Shown: one piece after another, positions 1 through 9,185 of the stretch | Position numbering within the stretch: position 1 is the stretch's first letter | How the letters are laid out: every line of letters begins with the position of its first letter | Source of the DNA: an uncultured Enterobacteriaceae bacterium | GTDB taxonomy: Bacteria > Pseudomonadota > Gammaproteobacteria > Burkholderiales > SG8-39 | DNA: 64,000 nucleotides | NCBI GenBank assembly: GCA_964565875.1 | Contig: CAZMGP010000020.1 | Coordinates: 2,332 to 66,331 of the forward strand | Reading direction: 5' to 3' | The notes under the pieces: model-generated | The model's input: only the letters and a program-made list of their open reading frames with translations | Databases searched by the model: none | What the model was told of the DNA's origin: nothing | Position numbers and translations under genes: made by a program

Positions 1-226
1 CACATGTGGCGGGAGGGGTTCACTGGTCCGACTTCTCCCATCATGAGGTCCAGGCGGCGTGCGCTTGCCAGCGGCACCCGCTGCCGCTGCGCGAGGAGCT
101 CGCGCGCGGCGCAATTCCAGTCAATATGACGCGCGCGGCAGGCGAATAGTTCAGGCGGTAGTTGCGGCGAATAGCCGGATCGAGCTCACGGGTTTGCGCG
201 TCGGGGAATGCGGCCGCGCGCTGCGC

Positions 227-838
227 TCAGCTCGAACTCTTGAGCAGAGTCGTCAGGTCGGCGGCGAGATCCGCGCCGCCATCGCCGTAGCGTGCGAACA
301 GGCGCACCCGGCCCTGGGGGTCGAACACATAGCTGCCGGCAGTATGGTCCAGGGTGTAGCTGGTGGGCGTGGCTCCCGGCTGCTTCTGGTAGAAGATGCG
401 GAATTCCTTCGCCGCCTTCGCCGTCGCTTGCGCATCCCCGTACAAGCCGAGGAAGCTCGGGTCGAATGCCGGCACGTATTGCGCGAGCACTTCCTGGGTA
501 TCGCGTTCGGGATCGAGCGTCACGAACAGCACTTGCACGCGCGCTGCGTCGCGCCCGAGCGTCTGTAGCGCGGACTTCATCTCCGCCATGGTCGTGGGAC
601 AGACGTCGGGGCAATGCGTATAGCCAAAAAATACCACCACCGCCTTGCCGCGGAAATCGGCCAGGCTGCGCGCCTTGCCTTGATGGTCGGTGAGCTGCAG
701 GTCTTTGCAGCAGTCCGCGCCGGTGATGTCGGTGTTGCGGAAGCTCGGCCTTGGCGGGGCGCAGGCGGCCAGCAGGAACGCAGCCGCGAGCGCGGCTGCG
801 CCGAAGCATTTGCGCATCGCGAAAAACCGCTCAGACAT
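227..838 (-). CDS. SCO1/SenC family copper chaperone (thioredoxin fold)
   Basis: ORF 227..964 trimmed to the MSERFF start at 838, which overlaps the cyoE stop by 8 nt. Signal-like N-terminus and HCPDVCP (CxxxC) motif. Last gene of the cox biogenesis cluster. Confidence 0.85.
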   Translation of the reverse strand: MSERFFAMRKCFGAAALAAAFLLAACAPPRPSFRNTDITGADCCKDLQLTDHQGKARSLADFRGKAVVVFFGYTHCPDVCPTTMAEMKSALQTLGRDAARVQVLFVTLDPERDTQEVLAQYVPAFDPSFLGLYGDAQATAKAAKEFRIFYQKQPGATPTSYTLDHTAGSYVFDPQGRVRLFARYGDGGADLAADLTTLLKSSS

Positions 839-1718
839 AGTGGTCGAAGAGCAGCGCACTGAACAATATCGCGAGGTAGACGACGGAATAGCGGAAGGTC
901 TGCTGCGCCAGCCGGTCGCTGTAGGCGATGTAGATGCGCACCGCGTAATACAGGAACAGCGCATCGAGTGCGAGCGCGGCGATCAGGTAGATCCAGCCGC
1001 TCATGCCGTAGACGAAGGGCAGCAGGGTGCTGCCGATCAGCACCAGGGTATAGAGCAGCACGTACAGGCGCGTGAACTTGGAGCCGTGCGTGACCGGTAG
1101 CATCGGCAGCCCGGCGCGGTTGAACTCTTCGGTGCGATACAGCGCCAGCGCCCAGAAATGCGGCGGCGTCCAGGCGTAGATGATGAGCACCAGCAGCAGC
1201 GCTTCGGGTGCGACTTGGCCGGTGACCGAGGTCCAGCCGAGCAGCGGCGGCATCGCTCCCGACAGGCCGCCGATAACGATGTTTTGCGGCGTCGCCGGCT
1301 TCAGCAGCACGGTGTAGATCACGGCGTAGCCGACGAAGGTGCCGCAGGTGAGCCACATGGTGAGCGCGTTGACGTAGCGCTCGAGCAGGAACATGCCGAT
1401 GCCGCCGATCACGCCGGCGAACAGCACCGCCTGCGTGGCGCCGAGTTCGCCGCGCGCAAGCGGCCGCGCCCGGGTGCGCGCCATCTTGGCGTCGAGCTCG
1501 CGCTCGATCAGGCAATTGATGGCGAATGCGGCGCCGGCGAGCAGGGCAATGCCCGCGGTGCCGGCGAACAGCACGCGCCAGGGCACCATGCCCGGGGTCG
1601 CGAGGAACATGCCAATCACGGCGCAGAACACCGCGAGCATGGTCACGCGCGGTTTGGTGAGAGCGTAGAACTGGCGCAGGCGCAGCGCGGTGTCCTGCAG
1701 GCTGAGTTGCGTCGCCAT
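831..1718 (-). CDS. cyoE: protoheme IX farnesyltransferase (heme O synthase)
   Basis: 295-aa polytopic membrane ORF with UbiA-family heme O synthase sequence ([20 protein letters not shown]). Sits in the cox cluster. Confidence 0.9.
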   Translation of the reverse strand: MATQLSLQDTALRLRQFYALTKPRVTMLAVFCAVIGMFLATPGMVPWRVLFAGTAGIALLAGAAFAINCLIERELDAKMARTRARPLARGELGATQAVLFAGVIGGIGMFLLERYVNALTMWLTCGTFVGYAVIYTVLLKPATPQNIVIGGLSGAMPPLLGWTSVTGQVAPEALLLVLIIYAWTPPHFWALALYRTEEFNRAGLPMLPVTHGSKFTRLYVLLYTLVLIGSTLLPFVYGMSGWIYLIAALALDALFLYYAVRIYIAYSDRLAQQTFRYSVVYLAILFSALLFDHYV

Positions 1719-1769
1719 GGCTTCAGTGCGAAAAGGTGTCGGAGGAGTCTATCACGATGGGTTTCGCCT

Positions 1770-2384
1770 CTAGCCGATGCGCGAGGCCCGCAGCAGGCGC
1801 GCGAGATCCTTGTTCATCCTGGCCGGATCGGCGTTCTTTGGAAAGCGCAGCATGAGGTTGCCGTGCGGGTCGACGACATAGATGTGCTCGCGCGCGCCGC
1901 CCGGCGGCGGAAACTCCGCCGGCAGCGGGCTCGCGCCGGCGCGCAGCATGCGCGTGCCGTCGTATTCGCGCATCAGCCGCGTCTCGAGCGGCGCGTCGTC
2001 GAGGATCAGCCACACGCGCTCGACGCGCTCCATCTCGCGCCCCTGCGCGAGCCGCACCTGGCGCATGTCGTAGAGCTTGGCGCGGCAGGCGTCGCCGCAT
2101 TCTGCCCGGTCGAGCTGCAGCAGGATCCACCTGCCGCGCAGTTCCGACAGCCGGAACGCGCGCCCGTCCAGCTGCCGCAAGGGGGATTCGCTCAACGGAC
2201 GCGGCGCGATCAGCTCGCCGTAGTTCGTGCCGCCCTGCGGATGCCAGTAGAAATAGGCGATGAGCGCAGCCGCGAAGGGCGCGATCGACACGAAGGCGAT
2301 CGCGAGCAGGTTGAAGCGCGCGCCGCGGCTAGGCGCTGCGCTTGAAGCTGAAGGCGACATAGGCGACGAGGGTGAGGCTTGCAA
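1770..2384 (-). CDS. cox-cluster membrane-anchored thioredoxin-like/SCO-like protein (function unknown)
   Basis: 204-aa ORF with one N-terminal TM helix and a soluble domain containing CGDAC. Lies between SURF1 and cyoE. The start is uncertain (2384 or 2360), and either start overlaps the SURF1 3' end. Confidence 0.6.
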   Translation of the reverse strand: MQASPSSPMSPSASSAAPSRGARFNLLAIAFVSIAPFAAALIAYFYWHPQGGTNYGELIAPRPLSESPLRQLDGRAFRLSELRGRWILLQLDRAECGDACRAKLYDMRQVRLAQGREMERVERVWLILDDAPLETRLMREYDGTRMLRAGASPLPAEFPPPGGAREHIYVVDPHGNLMLRFPKNADPARMNKDLARLLRASRIG

Positions 2385-3036
2385 GCGCGTACCACTGGAA
2401 GGCGTAGCCGCGGTGCTTGTCCACGCCGGTGTCGGGACGTACCCACACCCGGGCGAGGCCGTCCGCCGCGGCGTTCGTCTGCTCGATCACCACCGGTTGC
2501 AGTTTCAGTCCCGACCATTTGGCGTAGCGCTCGAGCACCAGGTTCTCCCACACCATGCCCTCCTCGGTGTTCGCGCCGAGTTCGAGGATGCGCCTCGTCG
2601 GCACCATGGCGACGCCTTCGATGCTCTGCACCCCGGCCGGAGTCTCGATTGCGGGCAGCACATCGCGGCGCGCGCCCGCCGCCACCCAGCCGCGGTCGAC
2701 GAGCACGTGCAGCTCGCCGCCGGCGATCCTGAGCGGCGTGAGCACATGGTAGCCGACTGCGCCGTTCAGCACCTTGTTGTCCAGCAGGACGGTGTATTTC
2801 GGCAGATACTCGCCGCGCACGCCGACGCGATGGAATTCGAACGCATTGGCCTCGACCGGCGCCGACGGCAGCGCGAGCATCGCCGCGCGCGCGCCTTCGT
2901 CGAGGCTGCGCCCGAGCGCCGCCTTCTCCTCTGCGCGCCGCGTCTGCCAATTGCCCAGAGACAGGGTAAGCGCGATCACTGCCAGCGCCGCGAGGCTGGG
3001 CAAGAATGCCGGGCGAAAGCGCCGCTTGCTTAGCAT
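2329..3036 (-). CDS. SURF1 family cytochrome oxidase assembly protein
   Basis: ORF 2329..3084 trimmed to the MLSKRRFRP start at 3036. N-terminal TM followed by GNWQ and a C-terminal TM, the typical SURF1/Shy1 layout. Confidence 0.85.
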   Translation of the reverse strand: MLSKRRFRPAFLPSLAALAVIALTLSLGNWQTRRAEEKAALGRSLDEGARAAMLALPSAPVEANAFEFHRVGVRGEYLPKYTVLLDNKVLNGAVGYHVLTPLRIAGGELHVLVDRGWVAAGARRDVLPAIETPAGVQSIEGVAMVPTRRILELGANTEEGMVWENLVLERYAKWSGLKLQPVVIEQTNAAADGLARVWVRPDTGVDKHRGYAFQWYALASLTLVAYVAFSFKRSA

Positions 3037-3109
3037 GCGCGCATCACTCCAATTTCTAGTCTGGTCGATTTGACTGGGATACACTCGGACAATTCAGTCG
3101 GATCCCGCC

Positions 3110-3307
3110 ATGAAAATCGTCGTCGTCGTATTCATCATACTGATCCTTGCCAGCCTCGGCTCGGCCCTCTATTACCTCGTCTCCGACCGCGGGCAGTCGA
3201 AGCGTACCGTGCGCGCCCTCGCGTTCCGCGTCGGTTTTTCCCTGGTCCTGTTCCTGCTGCTGATGGCCGGTTATTACTTCGGCTTCATCACCGGCAAGGT
3301 CGGCTAA
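3110..3307 (+). CDS. twin transmembrane helix small protein (DUF2909-like)
   Basis: 65-aa ORF with two hydrophobic helices. It is the usual opposite-strand small gene inside betaproteobacterial cox loci. Confidence 0.7.
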   Translation: MKIVVVVFIILILASLGSALYYLVSDRGQSKRTVRALAFRVGFSLVLFLLLMAGYYFGFITGKVG

Positions 3308-3401
3308 GCGCAGCATCGACAATACTCAATTCGCTATGACAGGCGGCGCGTCGCGAGGCACGAGCCACGGCCCGCGATAGGTTCCCCCGCGGGCGGTCCT
3401 T

Positions 3402-3430
3402 AAAAAAAGGCGCCGCACATTGTGCGGCGC
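3402..3430 (-). terminator. rho-independent terminator downstream of coxC
   Basis: GCGCCGCAC-ATT-GTGCGGCGC forms a 9-bp stem at 3410-3430. The A7 run at 3402-3408 gives a U-tract on the minus-strand transcript. Confidence 0.6.
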
Positions 3431-3509
3431 TTCAAGTGCCCCTTCTACGGGGGCCCCCTTCTCCTCGTTCTTCCGCCCGGTGCCCGGCCCTTGGACGGGC
3501 GCCTCGGCG

Positions 3510-4361
3510 CTATACCCAGTAGACGAATATGAACAGCAGCAGCCACACCACGTCGACGAAGTGCCAGTACCAGGCCACGGCCTCGAAGGCGAAGTGATGC
3601 TGCGGCTTGAAATGACCCGCGATCGAACGGAACAGCATGGTCGTCAGCATGATCACGCCCACGGTCACGTGAAAGCCGTGAAAACCCGTCAGCATGAAGA
3701 AAGTCGTGCCGTAGATGCCGGTGGAGAGCTTGAGGTTCAGTTCGGAATAGGCATGCGAATACTCGAACGCCTGAAAGCCGAGAAAGGTCGCGCCCAACGC
3801 GATGGTAAGGAACAAAAACAGCTTGAGCTTGGTGCGGTTGCCTTCGATCATGCCAAAGTGGGCGATGGTGAGCGTCACCCCCGAGCTCAGCAGCAACAGC
3901 GTATTCAGCGCCGGAATGCCCCAGGCGGCCATGGGCGTGAACGGATCGACGAAGCTCGGGCCCGCGCTCGGCCAGCGGGCACTGAAATCCGGCCACAGCA
4001 GTTCCTTGCTCTGCAGGCTGCCCAGATCCGGGACGGCGATCACCCGCGCATAGAACAGCGCGCCGAAGAACGCGGCGAAGAACATCACTTCGGAAAAGAT
4101 GAACCAGCTCATGCCCCAACGGAAAGACACGTCCTCCCACTTGCCGTACTTGCCGGACTCGGACTCGTGCACGACGTCGCCGAACCAGCGAAACATCATG
4201 TACACGAGCAGCACGAAGCCGACCAGCACGCCGTAGCGCCCGACGGGAGCGTCGTTGAACCAGGCCGCCGCGCCCGATCCCATGAGCAGCAGGGCCAGCG
4301 AGCCGATGATCATCCAGCGCGACGGCTGCGGCACGAAATAGTGTTGAGCATGCTCGCTCAT
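3510..4361 (-). CDS. coxC: cytochrome c oxidase subunit III
   Basis: 283-aa ORF with seven-TM subunit III sequence (FHGFHVTVG, WYWHFVDVVW). Confidence 0.95.
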   Translation of the reverse strand: MSEHAQHYFVPQPSRWMIIGSLALLLMGSGAAAWFNDAPVGRYGVLVGFVLLVYMMFRWFGDVVHESESGKYGKWEDVSFRWGMSWFIFSEVMFFAAFFGALFYARVIAVPDLGSLQSKELLWPDFSARWPSAGPSFVDPFTPMAAWGIPALNTLLLLSSGVTLTIAHFGMIEGNRTKLKLFLFLTIALGATFLGFQAFEYSHAYSELNLKLSTGIYGTTFFMLTGFHGFHVTVGVIMLTTMLFRSIAGHFKPQHHFAFEAVAWYWHFVDVVWLLLFIFVYWV

Positions 4362-4377
4362 GTTCCTCTCCTGTGTG

Positions 4378-4593
4378 TTACGTCAATCTGCCGATGACGA
4401 AATGCACCAGCAGTATCAGACTCAATACGAATAGCGCCGCGCCGATGAGCCCGGCGATGATCACCTGGTGCGGCTTCAGCTCGACGCTGTCGGCCTCGTA
4501 GTCACGCCGCTTCCTGATGCCCAGGAACGACCAGAACACCGCTTTTACAGCCTGCCACGCGGTCGCTTTCTTCGCCATCAGCGCCACCGTCAT
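4378..4593 (-). CDS. DUF2970-like small membrane protein
   Basis: The last 71 codons of ORF 4378..5010, starting MTVALMAKK at 4593. ATGA overlap with the ctaG stop and one C-terminal TM helix. Confidence 0.6.
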   Translation of the reverse strand: MTVALMAKKATAWQAVKAVFWSFLGIRKRRDYEADSVELKPHQVIIAGLIGAALFVLSLILLVHFVIGRLT

Positions 4594-5156
4594 CCCTGTC
4601 CCGCCTTGCGCTCGGTGCCGTCGACGCGGAAGAAGGTGTAGGACAGCGTAATGGTGTTCACGTCGCGCGGCAGGTCCGGGTCGATGACGAACACCACCGG
4701 CATCTCCCGGGTTTCGTGCGCAGCGAGCGTCTGCTGGCTGAAGCAGAAGCATTCGAGCTTTCTGAAATAGCGCGCGGCGAGCATCGGTCCGTAGCTGGGG
4801 ACCGCCTGGCCGGTGACCGCTTCGTTCAGGGTGTTCTTCACCTCGTAGGTGATCTGCGTCAGCTCGCCCGGATGGATCTGCATGCTCGGCGCATGCGGCT
4901 TGAAGGTCCAGGGTAGCTGGCGCGTGTTGGAGTCGAACTCCACCGTCACCGTGCGCGTGAGGTCGACCTGGGTATTGGCGACCGTGCCCTCGGCCTCGCC
5001 CGGCTGCCAAATCGCGCGCAGTCCCGCGACTTCGCAGATGGTGTTGTAAAAGGGCACCAGCGCAAAGCCGAATCCGAACATGCCGACCGCCACCACCAGC
5101 AGCTTCTTCAGCATGCGCCGGTTGGCGCCGGCGAGGCTCTCGGCGGCGGCGCTCAC
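4590..5156 (-). CDS. ctaG: cytochrome c oxidase assembly protein CtaG/Cox11
   Basis: 188-aa ORF with an N-terminal TM and a Cox11 domain (FDSNT, CFCF copper-binding motif). Confidence 0.9.
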   Translation of the reverse strand: MSAAAESLAGANRRMLKKLLVVAVGMFGFGFALVPFYNTICEVAGLRAIWQPGEAEGTVANTQVDLTRTVTVEFDSNTRQLPWTFKPHAPSMQIHPGELTQITYEVKNTLNEAVTGQAVPSYGPMLAARYFRKLECFCFSQQTLAAHETREMPVVFVIDPDLPRDVNTITLSYTFFRVDGTERKAGQG

Positions 5157-5257
5157 TTCAGCAGTCCGTATCTGAGTATGACGACGAGAAACAGGGCAAG
5201 CGCGAACGCCGCCAGGATCAGCGCCGTCCTGCGATTGCCCGAGTCGCCGCGACCCAT
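5153..5257 (-). CDS. cytochrome oxidase small assembly protein (single TM, 34 aa)
   Basis: MGRGDSGNRRTALILAAFALALFLVVILRYGLLK, the tail of shadow ORF 5153..6751. Sits between ctaD and ctaG with a 4-nt overlap onto the ctaG start. Confidence 0.55.
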   Translation of the reverse strand: MGRGDSGNRRTALILAAFALALFLVVILRYGLLK

Positions 5258-5271
5258 GCTCGTTCCCGCGC

Positions 5272-6861
5272 TCACTTCACCACCGGCTGATCGTGGAAGC
5301 TGTGATAAGGCGCGGGACTCGGCAGATGCGTCCATTCCAACGTGTCGGCGCCTTCCCAGGGCTTGGCCGGCGCCTTCTCGCCCTTGCGGAACACCGTGCA
5401 CTTCAACACGATGTACAGGAACAGCACTTGCGCCAGGCCGAAGCCGAAGGCGCCGATCGAGGCGATCTCGTTGAAGCCGGCGAACTGGCCGGCGTAATCG
5501 GGAATGCGCCGCGGCATCCCCGCGAGGCCGAGGAAGTGCATCGGGAAGAAGGTAATGTTGAAGAAGATCATCGACATCCAGAAGTGCCACTTGCCCAGCT
5601 TCTCGTCGTACATCAGGCCGGTCCATTTCGGAAGCCAGAAGTAGGCGCCGGCGAAAAGCGCGAAGAGCGAGCCCGCGACGAGCACGTAGTGGAAATGCGC
5701 CACCACGTAATAGGTGTCCTGCAGCTGCACGTCGACCGGCATGATGGCGAGCATCAGGCCGGTGAAGCCGCCCATGGTGAAGACGAAGATGAAGCCGACG
5801 GCAAACAACATCGGCGTCTCGAAGGTGAGCGAACCGCGCCACATGGTGGCGAGCCAGTTGAACACCTTCACCCCGGTGGGCACGGCGATGAGCATGGTCG
5901 CGTACATGAAGAACACCAGGCCGGCGGTGGGCAGGCCCACGGTGAACATGTGGTGCGCCCAGACCATGAACGACAGGATGGCGATCGAAGACGTGGCATA
6001 GACCATCGAAGCGTAGCCGAACAGCGGCTTGCGCGAGAAAGCGGGGATCACCTGGCTGATGATGCCGAAGGCCGGCAGGATCATGATGTACACCTCGGGG
6101 TGGCCGAAGAACCAGAAGATGTGCTGGAACATCACCGGGTCGCCGCCGCCCGCGGCGTTGAAGAACGAGGTGCCGAAGTGGCGGTCGGTAAGCGTCATGG
6201 TGACCGCGCCGGCGAGCACCGGCATCACCGCGATCAACAGGTAGGCCGTGATCAGCCAGGTCCAGACGAACATCGGCATTTTCATCAGCGTCATCCCCGG
6301 CGCGCGCATGTTGAGGATGGTGGTGATGATGTTGATCGAGCCCATGATGCTCGATGCGCCCATGATGTGGATGGCGAAGATGGTGAAGTCCATGCTCGGC
6401 CCCATCTGGATGGTGAGCGGGGCGTACAGCGTCCAGCCGGTGCCCGGCGCGCCGCCCGGCAGGAAGAACGAGACTACCAGCAGGATCGCCGCCACCGGCA
6501 GCAGCCAGAAGCTCCAGTTGTTCATGCGCGCGAAGGCCATGTCGGGCGCGCCGATCATCAGCGGGATCTGCCAATTGGCGAAGCCGACGAAGGCGGGCAT
6601 GATCGCGCCGAACACCATGATCAGGCCGTGCATGGTGGTGAGCTGATTGAAGAACTCCGGCGTGACCACCTGCAGCCCGGGCTGGAACAGCTCGGCGCGG
6701 ATGGTGAGCGCGAGCACGCCGCCGATGAAGAACATGGTGAACGAAAACCACAGGTACATCGAGCCGATGTCCTTGTGGTTGGTGGTCGTGATCCAGCGCA
6801 TCAGTCCGCTCGGCTGATGGCCGTGATCGTCGTGGCCGTGGGTGTCGATGACTGCGCTCAT
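5272..6861 (-). CDS. ctaD: cytochrome c oxidase subunit I
   Basis: 529-aa ORF with heme-copper oxidase subunit I sequence (WFFGHPEVYI, WAHHMFTVG, HFHYV). Confidence 0.97.
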   Translation of the reverse strand: MSAVIDTHGHDDHGHQPSGLMRWITTTNHKDIGSMYLWFSFTMFFIGGVLALTIRAELFQPGLQVVTPEFFNQLTTMHGLIMVFGAIMPAFVGFANWQIPLMIGAPDMAFARMNNWSFWLLPVAAILLVVSFFLPGGAPGTGWTLYAPLTIQMGPSMDFTIFAIHIMGASSIMGSINIITTILNMRAPGMTLMKMPMFVWTWLITAYLLIAVMPVLAGAVTMTLTDRHFGTSFFNAAGGGDPVMFQHIFWFFGHPEVYIMILPAFGIISQVIPAFSRKPLFGYASMVYATSSIAILSFMVWAHHMFTVGLPTAGLVFFMYATMLIAVPTGVKVFNWLATMWRGSLTFETPMLFAVGFIFVFTMGGFTGLMLAIMPVDVQLQDTYYVVAHFHYVLVAGSLFALFAGAYFWLPKWTGLMYDEKLGKWHFWMSMIFFNITFFPMHFLGLAGMPRRIPDYAGQFAGFNEIASIGAFGFGLAQVLFLYIVLKCTVFRKGEKAPAKPWEGADTLEWTHLPSPAPYHSFHDQPVVK

Positions 6862-6909
6862 TTCGTTCTCCTGGAATTCCGTGCTTTGCTTGCGTGCGGG
6901 TTTAACACT

Positions 6910-8037
6910 TTACTTGCGCGCCGCTTTGACTTCGGCCGGCTGCACCACGTCGCCCGTCTTGTTGCCCCAGCTGTTGCGCTCGAAGGTGACGACCGCGGCG
7001 AGGTCGGTGTCGGAGAGCTGCTTGCCGAACGCCGCCATGACGGTGCCGGCCTTGCCGTTCAGCACGCGGTCGATGTGCGCCGCCTTGTCGCCAGTGGCGA
7101 TCTTCGAACCGTCCAGCGCCGGGAATGCGGGCGGCAGGCCCTTGCCCGTGGCTTGATGGCAGGCCGCGCAGTTGGCCGCATAGACCTTTTCGCCGCGCGC
7201 CTTCAGCTCGTCCAGGCTCCATTGCTTGTTCACGTCTTCGGCGCTCGCGGCCGCCTTGGCTTTCTGCGCCGCAACCCACTGCGTGAACTTCTCCTGCGAT
7301 ACCACCTCGACCACGATGGGCATGAAGCCGTGGTTCTTGCCGCACAGCTCGGCGCACTGACCGCGGTAGGTGCCCTCCTTCTCCGCCTTGAACCAGGTGT
7401 CGCGCACGAAACCGGGAATGGCGTCCTGCTTGATGCCGAATGCCGGAATCCAGAAGGAGTGGATCACGTCGTCGGCAGTGGTGAGGATGCGCACCTTCTT
7501 GCCCACCGGAACCACCAGCTGCTTGTCCACTTCCAGCAGATAGTTTTCGCCCTTGGGGCTCTGGTTATGGATCTGCTCCTGCGGCGTCGCCAGATTCGAG
7601 AGGAAGTTGACGCCCTCGCTTTCGCCCTTCAGGTAGTCGTATCCCCACTTCCACTGGTAGCCGGTCGCCTTGATGGTGAGGTCGGGATTGGAAGTGTCCT
7701 TGAAATCGATCAGCGCCTTGGTCGCCGGCCAAGCCATGCCGACGAGAATGAGGAAGGGAATGACGGTCCAGATGATCTCGACCGTGGTGTTCTCGTGGAA
7801 CTGCCGCGCCTGGTGACCCACCGATTTGCGATGGGCGTAGATGGAGTAGAACATCACTCCGAAGACGACGCAGAAGATGACCATGATCACATACATCATC
7901 AGCATGTGCAGGTCATAGATCTCGCGTGCGACGCGGGTCACCGGCGGTTGGAAATTGAGGGGGTAGGCAGCGGCGGCGAGTCCCGCATGGATCGCGAGCA
8001 GCAGTCCGGCGATCGGTCGTCCCAGCTTCTTGTACAT
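6910..8037 (-). CDS. coxB: cytochrome c oxidase subunit II with C-terminal cytochrome c domain
   Basis: 375-aa ORF. CuA site HSFWIPAFG...CAELCGKNHGFM and a C-terminal CAACH heme c motif. Confidence 0.95.
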   Translation of the reverse strand: MYKKLGRPIAGLLLAIHAGLAAAAYPLNFQPPVTRVAREIYDLHMLMMYVIMVIFCVVFGVMFYSIYAHRKSVGHQARQFHENTTVEIIWTVIPFLILVGMAWPATKALIDFKDTSNPDLTIKATGYQWKWGYDYLKGESEGVNFLSNLATPQEQIHNQSPKGENYLLEVDKQLVVPVGKKVRILTTADDVIHSFWIPAFGIKQDAIPGFVRDTWFKAEKEGTYRGQCAELCGKNHGFMPIVVEVVSQEKFTQWVAAQKAKAAASAEDVNKQWSLDELKARGEKVYAANCAACHQATGKGLPPAFPALDGSKIATGDKAAHIDRVLNGKAGTVMAAFGKQLSDTDLAAVVTFERNSWGNKTGDVVQPAEVKAARK

Positions 8038-8285
8038 GTTTTCCTCGTAGCTTCAAAGGCGCGGAGACGGATTTACCGTCGCAGCTTCAGATCCACGCCA
8101 AACATAATGCGAGTACCGCCGGGGGTGAGCGCCTGTTCTAGCTTGTTCTCAGTCCTCGAGGGTTTCCCCTGAGGACAACCCCGCTCCTTCTAAAGACGGG
8201 GCCCGGCAAAAAAGTGCGGTAACCTAGCATACGGGTCAAGCTTTATCAAGCTTTTCGACCCCGGCCGCCGCAATTGTGACCTCGA

Positions 8286-9185
8286 TCACATTTTCTTGTT
8301 TCGGCTCGTTTCCACTCGAATGATAGCGCGACCATCGTCGCTCACGCGCCGCTGCTGCTTCCACGCATGACCGTACACGATTTCGAAAGTTGCGGGCAAG
8401 CGGCCGTCGCGGCGCAGTTTTTCGTAGGCCGCGCGCATGGCGCCGAAGACGCCTTTGCCCGTCAGCGCGTGGCGCCGTGCTGCGAGGGCGTTTTGCTGTC
8501 CGGTGGCGCGCAGGTCGGCAAGCAAGGCATCGACGTCGGCATAGGTGAGCGTGAGAACCTCCATGTCCATTACCGGCGCGCCGAAGCCGCTGGCGCCGAG
8601 CATGTCGCCCAGGTCGTGCATGTCGGTGAAAGCGTGCACATGCGCAGCCCGGTCGGCGGCGGCAAATGCGCTCCTCAGCTCCTGCAGCGTGTCCGGACCG
8701 TAGCAGGAAAACATGAGGAGCCCGTCGACCGCGAGCACGCGATGCATTTCCTTCAGCGCCGGCAACGGGTCGCCGGCGCAGTGCAGTGCCAGGTTCGACC
8801 AGACGAGGTCGATGCTCGACGCGGCAAGGGGCAAGGCGCCGAAATCGGCGCAGATGAATCCGGGTCCGGAGCGGTCGAACAGCCGCGACAGCCAGGAAGC
8901 CTCGCCGCGCGCGGCCCGCAGTAGGGAAAATGCGGAATCGAGCGCCCAGGTCTGCGCCTGCGGAAAGCGTTCGGCGAGGCGCTTCGCGCCGTCTGCATCG
9001 CCGCAGCCGGCATCGAGCACGCGCTGCGGCGCAATTCTGACGTACTGCAGGCGATCGAGCATGCGCGACTCGATCTCGCGCGCGAGCACCGCAGCCTGCG
9101 CATAGCTCGCGGCCGCGCGGCACGCGAAGCGCCGTAGGGCGCGGCGATCGACGGCGATACCGCTGGTTTCCGGCGCGGCCATCAA
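8286..9185 (-). CDS. bioC: malonyl-ACP O-methyltransferase BioC-like SAM methyltransferase
   Basis: 299-aa ORF with a class I SAM-methyltransferase motif (VLDAGCGDADG) and BioC-like overall sequence. ATGA overlap with the upstream amidase gene. Confidence 0.7.
   Translation of the reverse strand: MMAAPETSGIAVDRRALRRFACRAAASYAQAAVLAREIESRMLDRLQYVRIAPQRVLDAGCGDADGAKRLAERFPQAQTWALDSAFSLLRAARGEASWLSRLFDRSGPGFICADFGALPLAASSIDLVWSNLALHCAGDPLPALKEMHRVLAVDGLLMFSCYGPDTLQELRSAFAAADRAAHVHAFTDMHDLGDMLGASGFGAPVMDMEVLTLTYADVDALLADLRATGQQNALAARRHALTGKGVFGAMRAAYEKLRRDGRLPATFEIVYGHAWKQQRRVSDDGRAIIRVETSRNKKM

Noticed and set aside
1-226. Possible partial CDS at the left edge. One candidate is the + frame ending at TAG 147-149, reading ...HWSDFSHHEVQAACACQRHPLPLREELARGAIPVNMTRAAGE. 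The other is a minus-frame read-through after the SCO1 stop.
   Set aside because: Both frames have GC-rich third positions. Neither has a recognisable motif or a start codon inside the window, so I cannot tell which, if either, is real.
5293-8172. Very long ORFs antisense to real genes. Examples: 5293..8172 + (959 aa), 35652..37922 - (756 aa), 16626..18530 - (634 aa), 51025..53016 - (663 aa), 47196..48965 - (589 aa), 58925..59986 +.
   Set aside because: Their translations are Arg/Ala/Gly/His-rich low-complexity sequence with no recognisable motifs. Each lies opposite a gene with an unambiguous conserved product. These are typical stop-codon-poor shadow frames of GC-rich DNA.
8140-8180. Imperfect hairpin GTCCTCGAGGG-TTT-CCCCTGAGGAC in the bioC/coxB intergenic region.
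   Set aside because: The stem is short and imperfect with no U-tract. It could be the bioC terminator or nothing, so it was not reported as a feature.
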